Source: Methanobacteriota archaeon (lineage in GTDB: Archaea > Hydrothermarchaeota > Hydrothermarchaeia > Hydrothermarchaeales > JACRDW01). Taken from it: a DNA stretch of 27,537 nt. This document shows positions 24,214 to 27,537 of this stretch, in pieces. The notes beneath the pieces are model-generated. The model was given only the letters and a program-made list of their open reading frames with translations. It had not been told where the DNA came from and did not search any database. The position numbers were made by a program, and so were the translations under genes. Position 1 is the first letter of the stretch; each line of letters opens with the position of its first letter. The stretch is taken from the NCBI GenBank assembly GCA_043820925.1, contig JBDRDL010000024.1:1-27537 (forward strand), read 5' to 3'.

Positions 24214-25488
24214 AAAGCTAACTATAAAGAACATCGCAACATTGAAATCTACCAGACCTGTTTCTATGCCAACTAAAACGTAAGCAAGTAAGAATGAGAA
24301 TATCATCGTGGCTAAGTAGCTTTTGGTTTGCTTCATCGCATGATACGCTGCTCCGACAACAAATCCTAAAACAAGGGTGAAAGTGATTACTCCCGGGATG
24401 CCAAAATCCAGAACTACTGTGCCCAGGAGCGTGGAAGTTATAGATACCTCACGCACCCCAAAAATGCTTGCCACCATAGTTCTGGGACCCAGTCTTGGTC
24501 CTGGTATAAAGGAAAAAAGTGAGGAGAAGGTTGCAAGAAAAACCGTGCCGTGGTTTGCCCCGAATACCCAGAATCTGTTAATCAAGTAGTCGTACACGCC
24601 CAGAGTCAGCCCGATTCTCTTTCCAATAACTTCAAAAAATCCGACCATGGCGCCCTGGCTTAATGCACGGTAGTAGCCGAGAAAAGAGATGGAGAATAGA
24701 GCAGCAAAAAAAGAAGCAAGTATTTCAGTTATGCCCAGAATGCGCAGATAGTACATAGAGATTGAGCAGCCGAGCAGGGCAACTATGGTCTGGGTTCTGA
24801 AGCCGAGCAGAGAGATCAAAAAAGTTACGACAAGCATAACTAAAATCGCATAAATCCTTGCCTCCCCTATCCCAATTCTTCCCTGCCTCAAGTGCTTTCC
24901 TATTACAGATATAGCTAATATACCTCCGGGCACTGTAAGGGAAGCGAGCATCGTAAAAATCACGCTCAGCTTTCGCCTTGCAGCCGGCTCCAAGAGCGGA
25001 ATCGCTCCGGCATAGAATATATCATACGCAAGCGAAAGCACGCCGACAGCAAGCAAGATGGCAGCTATCCTCTCGATATAGTTCTCTAAAAATATTTCTC
25101 TGAACCTGAGCCTTGCAGAAAGCCTGACTCCAAGTATGAAGAAGATAATTCCCAGCAGAATTGAAAACAAAGCTAAATTTGATACGGCATAGCTGCTTAT
25201 CGCAACGAAGGAAAGATAAACGAGAGGAAAGGATATCGCCGGATGAAAAAGCTCAACTTTACTTTTCTCAACCCTCGCATTCACCGCATCCAGGGCATCG
25301 AATAATCGCCTTGGATAGAGGGCAGGAAGTCTAAGCAAGGCTGCGCAGGTTAAAGATTTCAAAAATGCTGCCTGAAGGAAGCCTGAGAAATTTATAATAT
25401 TGAAGCAGCTCCTGCTATTTTGAAAAGAAATTTGGAAAAATCTGGCGACCGCAGCTAAGAATCGAATAACCCTGCTTTCTTGTATCAT
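24187..25488 (-). CDS. Archaeal oligosaccharide repeat-unit polymerase (Wzy-like, DUF70-type)
   Basis: IPLLEPAARR, LLGFRT, RIGLTL, GPRT, ITSTLLG..LDFG, GIETG; polytopic. Confidence 0.75.
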   Translation of the reverse strand: MIQESRVIRFLAAVARFFQISFQNSRSCFNIINFSGFLQAAFLKSLTCAALLRLPALYPRRLFDALDAVNARVEKSKVELFHPAISFPLVYLSFVAISSYAVSNLALFSILLGIIFFILGVRLSARLRFREIFLENYIERIAAILLAVGVLSLAYDIFYAGAIPLLEPAARRKLSVIFTMLASLTVPGGILAISVIGKHLRQGRIGIGEARIYAILVMLVVTFLISLLGFRTQTIVALLGCSISMYYLRILGITEILASFFAALFSISFLGYYRALSQGAMVGFFEVIGKRIGLTLGVYDYLINRFWVFGANHGTVFLATFSSLFSFIPGPRLGPRTMVASIFGVREVSITSTLLGTVVLDFGIPGVITFTLVLGFVVGAAYHAMKQTKSYLATMIFSFLLAYVLVGIETGLVDFNVAMFFIVSFLILLASLP

Positions 25489-26273
25489 TGCAATTCCCTT
25501 AGACTCGCTAGGACATATCTTCCTCTGGTTTCAAGTAAATTCTTGTCCGGCTCTTTTTTGAACCCGGCAAAAACTTTTCTCTCCTCTCCGCCTATCACGA
25601 CTTTAGCTGCACTGACATTGAGTTCCTGCAGCTCTGAAAGTTCCGCTAACTTCAGCCGGAAAATAACCTCGCTTTCCCTGCCTGGAAGTAGGGAGTAATA
25701 CTCCAGCAGGTACAGCCTCCCAAATTCATTGGAGAGCTCCTGGGCTGTCTTGCTTGGATTTGTGAAAGAAATATCAAGGCTCAAAAGCAGGTGCTCTGCC
25801 TTCAAGTTGTTTGAAAATTCTGTAAAGTATCCCAGGAACTCCTCGTAGGTAGAAAAACTCATCGGCTTTAATTCATAGGCTGCAACGTACTCGTCGAGTG
25901 GTCTGAATTCTATTTTAGAAGCTGCCACGTCTTCAAGGTAGCCCATGCTTCCTCCAATCCAGAGCATGTTTCCATCCTCTGATTTGAACTTAAAAGCTCC
26001 TGCCTCGGTATCTGTCAGCAAGCCTTTTTCCATAAATGGCTCTTCATTGGCTATCCACTTTCCCTCGATATTTGCTTCGATTAAAAATCCCTTAGACTCA
26101 AGCTTCTTGTACGCAGTTATCGCAGTGTACATCTGCTCCCCGCTGAAGGTCAAGGGCTTAGCCATAACCTTTGTTCCGAGAGAAAAAATCAGAAATAGCA
26201 CAATTACTGCTACAATCAAGTCTACAGCATTTATTCCTATGAACTTGCCTTCTTTTGTGTCTAAAAGCTTCAT
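25485..26273 (-). CDS. Membrane-anchored hypothetical protein (DUF4330-like N-terminus)
   Basis: GKFIGINAVDL followed by one TM and a soluble domain; 4-nt overlaps with both neighbours. Confidence 0.7.
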   Translation of the reverse strand: MKLLDTKEGKFIGINAVDLIVAVIVLFLIFSLGTKVMAKPLTFSGEQMYTAITAYKKLESKGFLIEANIEGKWIANEEPFMEKGLLTDTEAGAFKFKSEDGNMLWIGGSMGYLEDVAASKIEFRPLDEYVAAYELKPMSFSTYEEFLGYFTEFSNNLKAEHLLLSLDISFTNPSKTAQELSNEFGRLYLLEYYSLLPGRESEVIFRLKLAELSELQELNVSAAKVVIGGEERKVFAGFKKEPDKNLLETRGRYVLASLRELQ

Positions 26274-26599
26274 TTTCTAAACCTTGAATATGCAAAATAA
26301 CCCAGATTCACCAAAAAAATAATGAAGAACATTCTTTCGAACATCTTCATAAACACCTCAACATTGAGCAGCGAGTCCCCGAATATCTTCGACATCACGT
26401 AAATAAAAAGCAGGTAGAGATAATCAAATGCAAATAAAAATTTATTGAAGAAAGCCTTGTACAGCTCGAATACATTCAGCTGAAACACGAGATACAGGGC
26501 GACCATCTGAACAAGCGTCAGCGCAACCGCAGCGCCGATGACCTCGAAGAAAGGCTCGACCTTCTTCCAACTTTCGCTCCTGAAAATTTTCATTTCCAT
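26270..26599 (-). CDS. Small hypothetical membrane protein
   Basis: About three hydrophobic segments; ATGA overlap with the next gene. Confidence 0.7.
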   Translation of the reverse strand: MEMKIFRSESWKKVEPFFEVIGAAVALTLVQMVALYLVFQLNVFELYKAFFNKFLFAFDYLYLLFIYVMSKIFGDSLLNVEVFMKMFERMFFIIFLVNLGYFAYSRFRK

Positions 26600-26687
26600 G
26601 AGCAGAAAGTTACTGCTCAGACAATAAAAACCTTTCTAATTAAGGGTGCTGAAAAGTTATTTATGCTGAAAGTGCGAAATTTCGCTC

Positions 26688-27537
26688 ATGAAAGTCTCGG
26701 TTGTGATGCCCTGCCTCAATGAGGCAGAAACTGTTGGAATGTGCATCGGCACAGCCAAGGAAGCGCTTAAGAAATTGCAGTTGGAAGGAGAAGTAATAGT
26801 CGTTGACAACGGCTCCACTGATGGCTCTACCGAGATAGCAAGAAAGCACGGCGCAAAGGTAGTGCACGAACCCAGGGAAGGCTACGGCAACGCATACCTG
26901 CGGGGATTCCAAGAAGCCATGGGCGAGATAATAGTGATGGGCGATGCCGACGGCACCTACCCATTTGAAATGATACCAGAGTTCGTCATGCCTATATTAA
27001 ACGGAAAAGCAGACTTTGTTATCGGTTCGAGGCTGAGAGGCCGGATTTTGCCCGGAGCTATGCCCTGGCTGCACCGCTGCATAGGCAACCCCCTGCTTAC
27101 AAAAACTCTTAACCTGCTTTTTGGAAGTAACGTCTCAGATGCTCACTGCGGAATGCGGGCGTTGAAAAGAGATGCCCTCGAAAAATTGCGCCTGAAAACC
27201 TCTGGAATGGAATTTGCCTCGGAGATGGTTATTAAAGCTGCGAAGGCAGGATTGAGAATTACAGAAATCCCAATCACCTACTATCCAAGAAAAAGCGGAA
27301 CGCCAAAGCTGCACTCCACCATAGACGGCTGGCGCCACCTGAGATTCATGTTTCTCTACAAACCTGCAGCTCTATTTTTGGTTCCAGGAATATTCGCTTT
27401 CATAGCAGGACTTAGCATGCTGCTACTGCTCACAACCCGATTTCACTCCATGATACTCGGAAGCCTGCTGATGATTGTAGGTTTCCAGACCATAACCTTA
27501 GGATTGTATGCAAAAGTCTATGCAGCAGTGTACGGGA
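26688..27537 (+). CDS. GT2 glycosyltransferase, polyprenol-phosphate sugar synthase (DPM1-like); truncated by the window end
   Basis: Hand translation MKVSVVMPCLNEAE...VVDNGSTDGS...GYGNAY...MGDADGTY...IGSR...SDAHCGMR...GMEFASE, then TM segments. Not in the ORF track because there is no stop in the window. Confidence 0.9.
   Translation, partial: MKVSVVMPCLNEAETVGMCIGTAKEALKKLQLEGEVIVVDNGSTDGSTEIARKHGAKVVHEPREGYGNAYLRGFQEAMGEIIVMGDADGTYPFEMIPEFVMPILNGKADFVIGSRLRGRILPGAMPWLHRCIGNPLLTKTLNLLFGSNVSDAHCGMRALKRDALEKLRLKTSGMEFASEMVIKAAKAGLRITEIPITYYPRKSGTPKLHSTIDGWRHLRFMFLYKPAALFLVPGIFAFIAGLSMLLLLTTRFHSMILGSLLMIVGFQTITLGLYAKVYAAVYG

Noticed and set aside
26667..26695. TGAAAGT direct repeat around the palindrome GCGAAATTTCGC as another micro-insertion
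   Set aside because: Only 7 bp, and the present TATA-to-ATG spacing is already normal. A regulator site or chance is equally likely.
128..27338. Remaining short antisense or out-of-frame ORFs in the track
   Set aside because: Shadows of well-supported genes, with no recognisable motifs or RBS.

Overview
Archaeal chromosomal DNA, judged from a geranylgeranyl reductase, Pth2, an A1-U72 tRNA-Gln, BRE/TATA promoters and GGTGA ribosome-binding sites. A Hydrothermarchaeota/Methanobacteriota-like host is only my guess. Left to right: nikR, an AbrB/PIN toxin-antitoxin pair, a NikR-linked ECF Ni/Co transporter (M, PDGLE, Q, O) with a CooC-type ATPase inside it, an ArsR-type regulator, thiI, a two-gene accessory block (SPL-like radical SAM enzyme plus HTH-NucS-like nuclease), a UDP-sugar operon (ugd, cupin, galU, uxs), a PRTase, an LCP-like membrane protein, wecB, GGR, PAP2, DUF1616, pth2, tRNA-Gln(UUG), truD, a nucleotidyltransferase/small-protein islet, and a surface-glycan cluster (DUF354, GPT, two Wzy-like polymerases, GT4, two GT2). 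The most unusual signal is not a gene. The window has many small insertions at gene ends and junctions. (a) Four inserts with periods of 42, 75, 645 and 784 bp are bracketed by 10-22 bp direct repeats that duplicate a host gene's 3' region, and two of them carry TA-like gene pairs. (b) Two families of 39-50 bp palindromic repeats are translated as parts of host proteins. No integrase or transposase is present in the window. All family assignments are from motif recognition by eye; no searches were run.
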